A DNA stretch of 64,000 bases. Source: Carcharhinus amblyrhynchos. Taxonomy: Eukaryota. The stretch covers positions 66,340,001-66,404,000 of the forward strand of contig OZ336885.1 in NCBI GenBank assembly GCA_965287045.1, written 5' to 3'. Below the pieces are notes generated by a model. The model was not told where the DNA came from, made no database searches, and was given only the letters and a program-made list of their open reading frames with translations. Positions 40,198-53,484 of this stretch are shown here, piece by piece; the first letter of the stretch is position 1, and each line of letters opens with the position of its first letter. Both the position numbers and the translations under genes were made by a program.

Positions 40198-41334
40198 GTC
40201 AGTGCAATATCTTGAGATCAATGCCAATATTCAAAATTTGTTCATCTGTCATTCGCGCATCACATACCCAGAATTACGTTGCTATTTCGTTCCCTGGAGA
40301 ACGAATATATCTATTATATGCAGTGCAACTTGAAAAATTAAAAAAATGCAGTTAAAATACTCAGGCAATATAACACTGGATAACTGCAAAGAAGTCTAAC
40401 ACCATGTGGGCATATACTCAAACAGAGGTGAAAAACAAATCTTGATTCTTCAACTGAAGAATGGTAATAATTTCCATCCTTGATGAGGCCCAATATCTGC
40501 AATGGAACTTAACATTACGGAAAATGTGTAACTGTTCTCAGTCGCAATAAATTCAGTTAACATGGAGTTACTACACTATGGGAACTCCCAATGTACTCAT
40601 CACAACGCATGGTTGCAACAAAACATTTTCGGAGGAAAAGCAATTGGAAAGATAACTAAAACCTAAGTAAAAACAGAGCTGTTATGGAACATGCTGGATC
40701 ATAGAAAATATTATGGAAGGCAGAGAAGCTGAAGTGGTACGATATGAAGGCGATGAAGAGGAAAAATGAGTACGGCAGAAACACACTGGAGTGCACTGAC
40801 CTGTAATGATCCTTTCATACTTGCAAATTATCCACGTCAACATATTATTGTCGAATGCAAACAATATCGTAGAGCAGCTTCTGTCCACATCACAAGTGAT
40901 GAGTACCAACTAGTCAACTGTGCCCAGATCTGTGACCTTAGGCTGGGACTAAATAACCAAATCCTGATCATTACAGATGAGACCTCATATTTAACATATT
41001 CCATAAACTCGAAGGACAACCATTACCATCGTCATCGGCGTCATCATCATCATCAACACTACATTTTTCATTTGTGATATGAGTAATCGTAGAGAGTCAT
41101 AATATGCCAACACGGGTTATTGAAGTTTGAGTTGGTTAGATGCAATATAGAAAAATAAAGACGCTTTGTGAATAGGGTGAGATAAATTAGTGTGAGATTT
41201 GTTTTTAGTACATAAATAACGGCATAAAGCAGGCAGGACTGTTTGTTCGTCTGGAACAAATTATACCCCTAAAATGCAGTGATTGCTCTCTTAACACAAT
41301 GACAATAATTTAAGAAAAGCTTTGCATATTGCAG

Positions 41335-41361
41335 AAGAAAGCTTGAGAGTGAAGCAGAAGG
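41335..41361 (+). CDS. Micro-exon 17 (27 nt): (E)ESLRVKQK
   Basis: attgcag|AAGAA...GAAGG|gtaagt. Confidence 0.86.
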
Positions 41362-41389
41362 GTAAGTGAGTTTTTTTTTTGTTCAGTTG

Positions 41390-42305
41390 GTCATAGAGTC
41401 ATAGGAGTTTACAGCATGAAAACAGGCCTTTCGGACCAAACTGTCCATATCACACTTTTTATAATAGCAAGTAATCCCAATTGTTTGCATTTGGCCCATT
41501 TCTTTCTATGCCTGTCTTACACATGTAACTGTCGAAACGATTTTTAAAAGGCAACATTGAAACCACGCTTACTTCTACATCTGGCAGCTTGTTGCAGACG
41601 TTCACTAGCCTCTGTGTGGGAAAAAAAAACTGCCCTGCTGGACCCTTTTGTATCTCTCCTCCTTCATCTTAGCGTATTCCGTCTAGTTTTAGGCTCTCCT
41701 ACATTTGGGAAAAAAACTATTCTATGCCCCTTCATTATTATAAAGACCTCCATGAGACCACACCGGTGCCTCCAGCGATCCAGCGAAAGAAGTCCCTGTC
41801 TATCCAGCCGTTCCTTATAACTCAAACCAACAATTCTCAGTAGCATGCTGGTCAATCTTTTCTGCACACGTTCTAGTTTAACAATATCATTTCCATAATA
41901 GGGCGGCTAGAACTGCATACAGTATTCCAAGCGTAGCCTTCAAAATGTCTTGTACAACTTCGACAAGGCGTTCCAACTATTGTATTCAATGTTCTGACCA
42001 ATGATAGCAATCATGGTGAATACCTTCTTCACCATCCTGTCCAGCTGTGATTGCAATTTCAAGGAGCTGCGAACCTATACTCTTCAATCCCTTTATTCTA
42101 TAACTCTCTCCAACGCCCTACCATTCACTGAGTAAGTCTTGCCCTTGTTCTATCTATCAAAGCCCATCATCTCGCATTCACCTAAATAAAACTCCTTGTG
42201 GTATTATCGGTCCACTGGCCCCATTGATTAAGATCTTGTTGAATTCCAAGATAACCTCTTCACTGTCTACAATGCCAGCAATCTTGGTGTGACCTGCAAA
42301 CTTGC
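41390..42305 (-). mobile_element. CR1 ORF2 3' fragment, minus strand
   Basis: QKRLTSMLLRIVGLSYKERLDRQGLLSL on minus strand; tail near 41390-41430. Confidence 0.85.
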
Positions 42306-42307
42306 GA

Positions 42308-42748
42308 ACGGATGCTGCCTAGTTTGGAGGGCAGGTCTTATGAGGAAAGGTTGAGGGAGCTGAAGCTTTTCTCTTTAGAGCGGAGGACGATGAGAGGCGA
42401 CTTAATAGAGGTTTATAAGATGAGAAGGGGGATAGGTAGAGTGGATGTGCAGAGACTATTTTCTCGGATGGATGTAGCTGTTACGAGGGAGCATAACTAT
42501 AAGGTTCATGGTGGAAGATATAAAAGGATGTCCGAGGTAGATTTTTCACTCAGAGAGTGGTTGGGGTGTGGAATGGCTGCCTGCTGTGATAATGGAGTCG
42601 GACACTTTCGGAACTTTGAAGCGGTTATTGGATTGGCACGTGGAGCACACCAGAATGATAGGGAGTGAGGTAGCTTGATCTTGGGTTTGGACATAGCTGA
42701 GCACAGGTTCGAAGGGCCTGTACTATGCTGTATTGTTCTATGTTTCTA
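42308..42748 (+). mobile_element. CR1 3' fragment, plus strand, abutting or nested in the minus-strand CR1
   Basis: MLPSLEGRSYEERLRELKLFSLERRTMRGDLIEVYK; tail gtattgttctatgtttctat. Confidence 0.88.
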
Positions 42749-42879
42749 TTAAAATATTAACCCAATCATTAATATTGATAACAAAAAACAAAAAAAAAGC
42801 ACCCATACTTAAGGCTGGTCACAAGCCTCCAGTTTGAAAAACAACCTTCTACAATCTTTAACACTTTAATTAACATCAT

Positions 42880-44505
42880 CACATGTGACCTGAAGCAGAG
42901 GGACAGTGTCCCGAAGCCAGAAGGAGTGCAAGTGGTGTATGGTACTCATTGAAAAGCCCCTTCCACTGGAGTGGCCAAGTAAATGCGTTTCTCCCAGCTT
43001 ATTTATGATATCGCAAAATTCTTTGGATTCTGGAATGGTAATGGATGACTGGAAACGTGCTAATATGACGATCTCATTCAAGAAAGGAGAGAGGTGAGAA
43101 GTGGGAAAATGTAGACCAGTCAGCATGACCTCTGTGCTGGGAAAGATGCTGGACTCAGTCGTAAAGGAGGAGGTGACTGAGCATCTGTAAAAGCAAACCT
43201 TAATTCACCAGTGCCAATATGGATTTGTGAAGGGGGAAAATTGCCTGACAAAACTATTGGAGTTATTTGAGTATGTAACCAGCAAGGTAGATATCTATGA
43301 TTCTCTAAATGTGATACATGTGGACGTTCAGAAGGCTTTAATAAAGTGCCACGCCAGAGACTGATCCCAACGGTTAGATTCCAAGAGGTTGAAGGTAGAG
43401 TAGTTAACTTTGATTGAGGACCGGCAGACTAATAGGAAGGTTGGAATAAATGCGTCTTTCTTCATGTGGCGATCAGTAACTCTTGGGGTCGTGCAGGGCT
43501 GAGCTCTCGGAACAAAACAATTTGCAACCTCTATGAATGGCCTACAAGCTGGAACAGAGTGCAACTCAGTATAGTTTGCTGACGACACGAAAAAAAATTG
43601 GGAAAACAAGTTGTGATGAAGAGATTTAGAAGGTTCAAATGGAGATTCACAGCCTCGAGTAAAAGACCTGAATGTGGCAGATGGAGTTTAATGTGGATAA
43701 GTGCGGGGTTTTCCATTTTGGATTGAAAAATAAAATGGCAAATTACTATTTAAATGGGAAAAGGATTAAAAATGAGACGGTGAAGGGGCCTGTGTGTCTT
43801 TGTGCATGAATCTCAATAAGTGGGCTTGCAGATGCAGATCGTCATAAGGAATGTAAACGGTATCATGGCAGTTACCGCAAAGTGTCCAGATTATTAAAAT
43901 AGGAAAGTGTGTTTACAATTATGCAAAGCAATGGTGAGATCAAACTTGGGATGTTGTGTTCAGTTTCGGTAACTTTCATTAAGAAAGAATATGGTTTGCA
44001 CCGGGGGAGCTTCAGAAGATGTTCACTTGATTGATTCCAGGTTGAAGGAGATGCCGTATGCGAAGCGGTTGAGTATCTTGGACTTATAATCGCCAAAGTA
44101 CAGAAGAATGAGGGTGGATTTGATTGAGATGTATAAAATACTTAACAGGGCTGAGAAAGTCAGTGTTAACCAAATGTTCTCCCAATTAGAACAGTTAATG
44201 GGAAGACACCATAGTTGTAGAGTTGTGGGAGGTGATGTTCAAAACAGAGATAAGGAGCAGCTACTTCTCACAGAGGATTGTGAAAATATGGAGTTTTGCT
44301 CCAGGGTGCAATCGATGCAGATCAGTCAATGGATTCACGAAAGCGGTAGATAAATATTTTATCTCAAGTGTGACAAAGGGCTTTGGGGAAAATGCAGTGT
44401 TGTGGAGTTAGGATGAGATGGAGATCAGCCAGATTATATATTATGATGGACCGGGCTCGTAGGCTGTGACTTGCATTCTCACTCTCCCAATGCCTATGTT
44501 CTTAT
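42880..44505 (+). mobile_element. Older degenerate CR1 ORF2 (RT to 3' end)
   Basis: QNSLDSGMVMDDWKRANMTISFKKG, FADDTK, MRVDLIEMYKILN; many stops. Confidence 0.85.
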
Positions 44506-45649
44506 TCTGGTCGCCCTGTTACTACATTTCTGATAGATTTTAATCGAATTGCCACGTTGAATTTATTAACCATTTATGTTTCCATCTGTTTCACAAAAAA
44601 AAGATATTCTGGTGAATATCATTTGCTGGTTAAAAGGATTCAGCCTTTGTTTGTGGAGATCTATATATGTCCTTTTTACCGTTTAAGTTATTCAGTTCAA
44701 ATGCGCCAGTATCTGCAGAGCAATTTGTCTGCTTCATTAGATTTCCAAGGTTGTAGCATGCCTATTGATCACCTCCATCTCAGCTTAACTTTCGAAAGAA
44801 TGCAAAACACGTTTTACGGATTGATACAATTTAAGAAAAAAACAGCAGATGAAGGAAAGCAGAAATTATATAAAAAATGTGCTCAGCAGACCTGATAGCT
44901 TTCTGAAGAAAGACACAGAACTCACAACGCCAGTCTACAATTACGCTTCAACTGATTAATTGAGTTGGACAACGTCCTGGAACAAGGGATATTGGTGACA
45001 TCTGATTTGCATCAGTATTTCTTAGATTTTCTTTTCTCACAGTGAGAAAGGAGAATGACGCGTGTTTAAATGATTAAATCCAAAGATTTAGTATTAGCTG
45101 CTTTCTTCCTCCTCACTGTTAGTCCGCTGGGGGCGGAAGCACTCCCTCAGGTAAAAACGTTGTTTAGAATCCCCTTTTTTTGCGTGTTGCATTTTTGAAG
45201 TGTATCATGACTCAATCATGACCCCTGAAATGAAAAGAATCGAATGCACGGTAAAACTGTTTGGCAGGCTAGAATGTTCTTCTTTCAATTAAGATAAATT
45301 TCCGATGTCCTTAATTCAGGGAATGTATTTTACCAAATATTAATCATTTCATGTTTGACATCACAAAACACTGAGTGCGGGTGAACTTACATGACTTAAC
45401 GTTTAGCCTAGGCTTTCATGCACCCTCAATTTTATTCAACCCAATATAAGTAAACGAACATTAGCCAAACGATTTCAATTTGGCCTGATGAAGCATGATA
45501 TGTATCTGATGTTAACTCCACATATTTTGTCACAATGCTCGGGTTATGGTTCCAGATAATCCCTTTCTTTTAATTGTTGCATTTGAAGTGTTATTCCACA
45601 CTGCCACTAAATGACAATGTTCTTGTAACATTATTGTTTCCCCTGTTAG

Positions 45650-45685
45650 AGATTCAAAAGCTTAAAGAAGACATCAATGATCAAG
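45650..45685 (+). CDS. Micro-exon 18 (36 nt): (E)IQKLKEDINDQ
   Basis: cccctgttag|AGATT...TCAAG|gtgaac. Confidence 0.87.
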
Positions 45686-46529
45686 GTGAACATTAAATAA
45701 TTAATCGTTCATTTGAAAATGGGTAAATGCTGCACCAGTCTTGGCCTTAGGGAAAAAAAGCATGTTCGTTTAATGGTACGTGATTTCACTTCAAAGGGAT
45801 TTTGAACGTTGTTTTGGTACATTCCCTTATCATGTCCACGAACATATAACTCACGATGGATATTGAAAGAACTCAGATATAGACAGAGATTTGTACAAAT
45901 TGGCAGTAATTTGAAAGACAAATCTAGGTCCGTTGTTCTCAATATCTGTTTATCGAAGGCAAATGTCCAGTTTGACGCTGATTATTTGATGAACGGCAAA
46001 TGGGACTGCAAGTTGTTCGCTGTTCCTTGCTGTGAACAATCAACGGGAATCAGTGATGTTTAATTTGGATTCAGATTATGCAACTACAATCATAAAGCGC
46101 TTGCTTATAAAAAAAATTGCACCATGATTGTCTTTGTAGGCGTTGTACTTGAAATGAGATGAAGTTTCGTTGCTCCAAATTGCATGCCTTCCACTCAGAA
46201 ACTAATCATTCGACTAAGGGAATGAGAATAAACTCTACAATGCACACAGCCTTTGTGTTGCGTTCTTCCATATCAGTTATTTAGACAATCCTGCTTTTGT
46301 TATCTTTTGCCTGCATACCGATTCGTCTATGACTTGGACCTTGACATTTACCTCGAGTATCTGGCAGGCAGCAAGCTGTTCATTCTTACACATCTCGGAG
46401 GAGTTCGTGTAACCTTAATTTCGTGTTGGAAGTAATAGCAGCAGTGCTGCCTTTATGATGACTAAATTTGATGTCAGCGTTTTCTGCTTCCACCCTGTCG
46501 ACAGCATGATGTTTGACATTTGAATAAAC

Positions 46530-46940
46530 TTTGTTCTCACTGGAACGGCAGAGATTGAGGGATTACGTGATGGAGGTTTACAAGATTATGAGTGGAATGG
46601 GCAGAGTGGATAGTCAGAAGCTCTTTTCGAAGGTAGAAACATCAACTACGATGGGCCGTTGGCTTAAGGTGAGAGGGGAATGTGTAAAGGGAGTGTGCGA
46701 GACAAGTTTTTGCTTGACACAGAGGGTGCTGAATTTCTAGGACGATCTGCCTAGGGCGATGGTGGGAGCAGGTACGACAGAGGTATGGAAGGGGCAGCTA
46801 AATGAATACATGAAAGGAATGGGAATGGAAGGATATAGATTACGTGCATATGGTTTTTGTTTAGGCAGATATTATGACCGGCGCAGGTTTGGAGAGCTGA
46901 AGGGCCTGCTTCTCTATTGTACTTTTCTTTGTTCTTTGTT
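46530..46940 (+). mobile_element. CR1 3' fragment
   Basis: FSLERQRLRDYVMEVYKIMSGMGRVD...; tail ttctttgttctttgttc. Confidence 0.85.
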
Positions 46941-47594
46941 CCGTTTCATCGAAACTTTGGCTCTAGGTCCGGAAGATAAATGTCACAAACAGTTCCGTCT
47001 TTCATAATAGCTGCAATCTCGCAGTTCTTGCATCACCTTCGTTAATACCATTTTCAACTTAAAGCCACTGTTTTTTCCTGTCTTGTTTTTTTTTTCATTA
47101 AAATGGAGAGAGGAATGTGCCATATATTTGTGGTGTGAGAAGGTAATTGAAGACTACAAACGTGCTTTGTGTTTGCCGCATTTTCTGAGGAAATTAACCG
47201 GTCTTTGTACGCGTAGTAACTTGTGGACCTGTGCTTCAAATGGCCGTAATCCAGGAGCCTGAATACAATGAGGGGGGGGGGGGGGGGGGCGGGGGGGAGA
47301 GGACAGCCTGAGGCTGTGTCAATTGGAATGCACAATAATAAGTCAATTTGAATAAAACAGAACAGACTTTGAGGAGAACTTTCAGGGGGTATAGTAAAAT
47401 GAGGTTTTTCACTATAGGAGAGCTTAGATTTTGGGATAATGTTTAAGAATAAGCGGTGATCCAATTATCTCTGAAATGACAGCAGTTTCTTTATATATTT
47501 AGCTCACTGTAGTTTTTGGGGTTTTGGATTTCTGTTCCCAAACGATCAGTCGCATGAAAAGAACAAACATTATTAAAATTTAAAAAAAGGTGGA

Positions 47595-47790
47595 GAGATG
47601 AATAAATGGAGCGAGAACGAGGTGGATGGACGGACGGAGAGACGGACAGACGGATGGACGGGCCGAGGGACGGAGGGATGGAGGGATGGACAGACGGACG
47701 GACAGCAGGATGGACGGATGGGCAGATGGGTAGATGAATGGATGGATGGATGCATGTATGCATGAATGGTTAGTTGGATGATTCGCAGAT
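47595..47790. repeat. GGAC/GGAT compound microsatellite
   Basis: degenerate ggac/ggat tetramers; explains overlapping Pro/Ser/His ORFs. Confidence 0.9.
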
Positions 47791-47887
47791 GGCAGCCCAA
47801 CATATTGTTCTCTGATAAGAAATAGGTCAAGCTTGTTGATCATTAAATGATTATCTTGGTGCTTTAATCCACTAATATTCCTTGTAG

Positions 47888-47914
47888 AACAACAAATAGG
47901 CAAGAAAGACAGAG
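47888..47914 (+). CDS. Micro-exon 19 (27 nt): (E)QQIGKKDR
   Basis: ccttgtag|AACAA...CAGAG|gtaatt. Confidence 0.87.
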
Positions 47915-48631
47915 GTAATTATACCAACCGTTTATCAGCTAACTTTTTTCGCTATTATGTTTCGTTTTCATTTACATGCTGGTGTTGTATTGCGTGCACA
48001 GATACTGGTTTGCTCTTTCACATTTCACCTTAACCAATTGTATACATTTTGCACGCCTTCAAAGTGATTGTCCTGGAATATATCCACAAACCTAAATATT
48101 TGTGTAAAAGGCTTTGAACGGCTTTGAACTTTCGAACATGTTTTCTCCTGTGCAATAAGAAATACATCATTATAGAAGTAAATCAATGAACATTTGTCAC
48201 ACAAATGGAAAATCTGTTAATTTATTAGTGGCAAATATTTCGCCAACGAAATATAAGAGCGTCTGCATGGATGAAATAAAGGCCCACTCAGAAACATGTA
48301 TGTTGATCCAAAGGCAATCCCTCGAAAATTTAGGGTAATACTAGATTTATATGTTTTATGCGAGAAAATAAATGCTGAACTAAAGTAATTGGAAAAATTG
48401 AGCATTTTCCAGCTCCTTTAATTCTCGTCATGTGCACTATCAGTAGATCCTGCATTGACACTAGACAGGACATTCCACATGCTGACAGATTAAGATTGAA
48501 TATTAAAGTGGCTGCCAAATTGGGAACACGTTGTGGTTCATAACGGTAAGGGTGGGCTTCTGTACAGTGTCACCTTGGGTGATGACTGTAACCAGATAGA
48601 CACCAGCCTCTATAAAGTTGTGATAGGTAAT

Positions 48632-51352
48632 CTGCTGATTAAGGATAGCATCAAGGTGGTAGCAAGGGATGATATTGGAGCCAAGGAGCAGAACGTGGAA
48701 TCGTTGTGGGTGGAGATTAGGAGCAGCAAAGGGAGGAAGACGCTGGTGGGTGTCGTCTATAGGCCCCCGAATAATGATCTGGAGGTGGGGCGGGCTGTTA
48801 ACGCGCAAATAAGTGCGGAGTGCAGGAATGGGACGGCCGTAGTTATGGGGGATTTCAATCTGCATATTGATTGGTCGACCCATGTTGGACGCGGTGGGCT
48901 CGAGGAGGAGTTCTTTGGATGCTGCCAGGATAGTTTCCTGGAACAGTGCGTGTTGGAGCCGACGAGGGAGCGAGCTATCTTGGATCTCGTGCTATGTAAT
49001 GAGGCGGGTAGAATTAGGGACCTTGAGGTGAAGGATCCTCTTGGGGAGAGTGATCATTGTATGGTGGAGTTTCTGGTGCAGATGGAGGAGGAGAAAGTGG
49101 GTTCCCGGACACGCGTACTTTGTTTGAATAGAGGGGAGTACGGTAGGATGAGAGAAGAATTGGCGAATGTGGACTGGGGCAGCGCGTTGGAGGGAGGGTC
49201 TGTTGAGGAGCAGTGGAGGATCTTTAAGGAGATCTTTCTTGGTGCTCAGCGGAAATTTATTCCGATGGTCAAAAAGGACAGTAGGAGGGGAGGTAATAAG
49301 CCGTGGATAACGAAGGAGGTGAAGGAAAGTGTTAAATTAAAAGCGGAGGAATTTAGAGTAGCTAAGAGTAGTGGGCGAGAAGAGGATTGGGAGAGGTTTA
49401 AATGTCAACAAAGATTGACAAAGAAGTTGATAAAGAAGGGTAGGAGAAATTATGAAGCTGGGCTAGCGCTTAATATAAAAAAGGATAACAAGAGTTTTTA
49501 TAAATATATAAAAAGGAAGAGGCTGGCTAGGGTGAACGTTGGTCCTTTAGAGGATGAGAAAGGGGACCTAGTGGTACGGGATGGGGATATGGCTAAGGTA
49601 TTGAATAACTTTTTTGTTTCTGTCTTCACGGAGGAGGACGTGAATAATTTGCCGGGTGTTAGTGATGGAAAGGTGGTCGGACTGGAGGGTCTTAATGACA
49701 TTACTGTTACTAGAGAGGGGGTGCTCGACAGACTGGAGGGGCTGATTGTGGACAATTCCCCAGGACCGAATGGAATGCATCCGAGGATTCTGAAAGAAAT
49801 GGCGGAGGTGATAGTGGATGCCTTGGTGGTTATTTTCCCGACGTCGCTGGATTCCGGGGAAGTGCCGGAGGATTGGAAAACGGCTAATGTTACGCCGTTG
49901 TTTAAGAAGGGTGCCAGGCAAAAGGCGGGGAATTATAGGCCGGTTAGTTTAACGTCTGTGGTACGTAAAATGTTAGAATCCGTCATTAAGGAGGAAATTG
50001 CGAGGCACCTTGAAGGGAATTGCTTGACAGAGCCGACGCAGCACGGTTTCATTAAAGGGAAGTCGTGTCTGACAAATTTACTGGAGTTCTATGAGGATGT
50101 GTCTAGGGCGGTGGATAGAGGAGAGCCGGTGGATGTGGTCTTTCTAGATTTTCAGAAGGCGTTTGACAAAGTACTTCACAAGAGGTTATTGCAGAAGGTC
50201 GAGGGACATGGAGTTGGGGGTAGGGTGTTAGCGTGGATAGAGGATTGGTTGTCAAATAGGAGGCAGAGAGTGGGGGTCAACGGGTGCTATTCGGATTGGC
50301 GGATGGTGACTAGTGGAGTGCCCCAGGGGTCGGTGCTGGGGCCTCAGCTTTTTACCATTTATATAGATGATCTGGAGGAGGGAACCGAGTGTAGGGTGTC
50401 GAAATTTGCTGATGACACCAAGATTGGGAGAACGGCAAATTGTGCGGAGGGTGTGGAGAGCCTGCAGAAGGATCTAGATAGGCTGGGCGAATGGGCCAGG
50501 AAATGGCAAATGGAATTTAATGTTGGCAAGTGTGAGGTGGTTCACTTTGGTAGGAAGAATGGTAGGAAGGACTATTACTTACGAAACGAAAAACTGCAGC
50601 AGGCGACGGTGCAGAGGGACCTCGGGGTCCTTGTGCATGAGTCGCAAAAACCCAGCTTGCAGGTGCAGCAGGTGGTCAGGAAGGCGAATGGGATGCTGGC
50701 CTTCATAGCGAGGGGGATTGAATATAAAAGTAGGGAGGTCTTGCTGCAGCTGTATAGGGCATTGGTGAGGCCGCAGCTGGAGTACTTTGTGCAGTTTTGG
50801 GCGCCGCACCTGCGCAAAGATATTTTGGCCTTGGAGGGAGTGCAGAGGAGGTTTACTAGGCTGATGCCGGAGTTGAGGGGGTTGAGCTATGAGGAGAGGC
50901 TGAATAAACTAGGCTTGTACTCGTTAGAGTTTAGAAGAATGAGGGGAGATCTCATTGAGACGTATAAGATGATGAATGGGATGGATAGGATAGAGGTGGA
51001 GAGACTCTTCCCGCTCAAAAAAGACAGTAGGACTAGGGGGCACAGCCTTAAGATAAAGGGCGGGGGGCGGTTTAGAACGGAGTTGAGGAGGAACTTCTTC
51101 ACTCAAAGGGTGGTGAATCTCTGGAATTCTCTGCCCGTTGAAGTGGTGGAGGCTGCCTCGCTAAATATTTTTAAGACGCGGGTTGATGGGTTTTTGATAA
51201 GAGAGGGGATTAAGGGTTATGGGGAGAGGGCGGGAAAGTGGAACTGAGCCACGACAGATCTGCCATGATCTTATTGAATGGCGGGGCAGGCTCGAAGGGC
51301 TAGATGGCCTACTCCTGCTCCTATTTCTTATGTTCTTATGTTCTTATGTTCT
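48632..51352 (+). mobile_element. Young 5'-truncated CR1 LINE with uninterrupted ORF2 (partial APE endonuclease + reverse transcriptase)
   Basis: stop-free frame to 51247 with VGVVYRPPN, MGDFN, LDLVL, SDH, NYRPVSLTS, GVPQGSVLGP, FADDTK; (ttcttatg)n tail; recognisable CR1 protein starts at LLIKDSI. Confidence 0.96.
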
Positions 51353-51658
51353 AAAAATAAATAATTTGTTCTTTCCTTAGGCTAGTATTCGAGCATCGTT
51401 ACATCATGTCTTGTAATCGTGGCCATGCGTTAAATATTATTGAACAGATATTCGGGCAGGATGTTCAGCCAGATACGAAATCAAAACCAGCCTCTTTGCG
51501 CTACAATGGAGATAATTTTCTGCCGCATTACCATTGGTTGAATCGAGAAAAATATTTCCCATGTGCAGTCGTAAATATTAATGTTTGTCTTTTGTTCACT
51601 CACCCACGCCACATCAACACCTCCTCCCCAACATAACCACCCGCCATTCCCCCATAAG

Positions 51659-51694
51659 AACTGGAAAAGCTGAGGAAGAAGCTTCAAGATTCTG
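51659..51694 (+). CDS. Micro-exon 20 (36 nt): (E)LEKLRKKLQDS
   Basis: cccccataag|AACTG...TTCTG|gtgagc. Confidence 0.86.
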
Positions 51695-53151
51695 GTGAGC
51701 ACTGGGAGCACTTCAGCGTCTTGCGTATTGGTTCATATTTTGATTATTATTTCACGTTTTTGTCACAGCAATACTTTGACGGCTTGTGGCCCAAAGAAAA
51801 AAGGTGTTTACATTGGACATTGACAATATCGACGCTGCATGCTAAATTATTTTGAGTTTATCCCAGTGCGTTTAGTTACCTCATATCAGTAAAATAACTC
51901 AATGTCGGGTGTCAAATTTGCCTCCACAGTGCCGGCGTTTGAGCAGTAGACGATTTCATATTCCAGCCATCATCACTGAACAAAAAAATACGAATGGCGA
52001 GCTTAAAAAAATCAATTTTGAGGACTGATGGAAAAAAAGAGGCAGGGTTACTATTCCTTAAGTGTAAAATATTCTAGTGACCCAACTGTATTTAATAAGA
52101 TGAAAGGAATTATATTTTGCAAAACACACACTATTGCATTGGTGCACACGGCAGTGGAACCATTTCATTTGGTTTCCTATCCAGAAAAATGAATGCATCA
52201 TGCAGGTTGACATGTTGTTACTGCATAGAAAACGTTAGGTTCGGTTCTTCTTATTGACTTTTCGTGGAAATTAGGCATGATCTTTCCACATACCTTTACG
52301 TCCGTCTCTGTCAAACATTGCACCGATCGTAGTTGTGGTTGCTCCATGCGCAATTTCAAAACTCACTCTTCATATGCAAAATCTTTACATATCTTTTCTG
52401 AAGATACGTCGATTAAATAATATCAACCATCCTTTGTTTGTATAGCTCAGTGTAGAACCAGTAAGGAAGCTGCTAACTGGAATAATTTTGTTCAAATATT
52501 AAGACATTCCCATTCGCATATCGTCGACCTTGGAATCTGTGTCCATTCATTTGTTTCAGGCACATTGCCTCTTCGTTTTTTACAATCCCAGAATTGAATA
52601 TGACAACTCCTATTTGGTCTGTAATGTTCTACGATATTGCACGCTTGTGTTGATCTAAACCAGAAGGCCCGAAGCTTAACGTGCACCGAGTTCTATTTAA
52701 AGATCTTCACTCGGTCGCTGTCTTACACTTGTTCCCGATAAAGCAACGGATCGATTTTTAAATGGGCATCTGAATACAAACGTGTTCTTATCCCCAAACA
52801 ATTGTCATCATTCCTTTCAAGCTCACAACTCTCAAACATGTTCGTTTACCGGAACTGGGTCCCTCGACACACGCAGCTATTAATTACTGGCCTATGGGAA
52901 CAATGGCCTGAGTTATCTCAGACCTAATCACAGGTATTCTGTACAAATTATCGCGAGTGTGTCCCTTTCATTCATCGTTGAAGCATTTTTTTTAGAATGC
53001 AAACATTTTACGAAGTGTCTGGGGATCTACATAATTGCAAAAAGACGGTGTCAATTTGATTCTGTTCATAAAAAAGTAATGTTGTATTTTGTTTAAAAAA
53101 AGGCTGCAAAAAAGACTGATGTATCTAAAGTATTATTCATAATCATCTTAG

Positions 53152-53178
53152 AACGAAAAATGACCTCAGATCAAGAAG
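53152..53178 (+). CDS. Micro-exon 21 (27 nt): (E)RKMTSDQE
   Basis: catcttag|AACGA...AGAAG|gtaagg. Confidence 0.84.
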
Positions 53179-53484
53179 GTAAGGAAGCGAATGAATTTCA
53201 ATTCGACAACATTAATTTTCTGTTTGTGTGCACCGTACCTTTTCCCTTTCCTCATCAGAAATATTTTCATAACCAAATATTCAATTGCAATTGCTAGAGA
53301 CTTTTTAAGTGAATCCTTAGAAACCAGGGGGAGGCAGTGTGTTGTTATTTTCCCGCCGCTGGGCAAGAAAAAAAAATAAACTATGCATTCAAGAATATCT
53401 TCAGGATTTTAAGGCCAGCAGGTATTTTCACGACGTGATAAAAAAATGTCGGTCATCAGCCTCCTACGCCTGCCAATGTGCCTG

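Noticed and set aside
47491-47903. Pro/Ser/His-rich ORFs on the minus strand
   Set aside because: Translations of the GGAC/GGAT microsatellite.
48533-48631. First ~33 codons of the 904-aa ORF as a genuine N-terminus or fusion protein
   Set aside because: Starts at GTG in flanking DNA with no recognisable CR1 similarity; best explained as chance read-through upstream of a 5'-truncated LINE.
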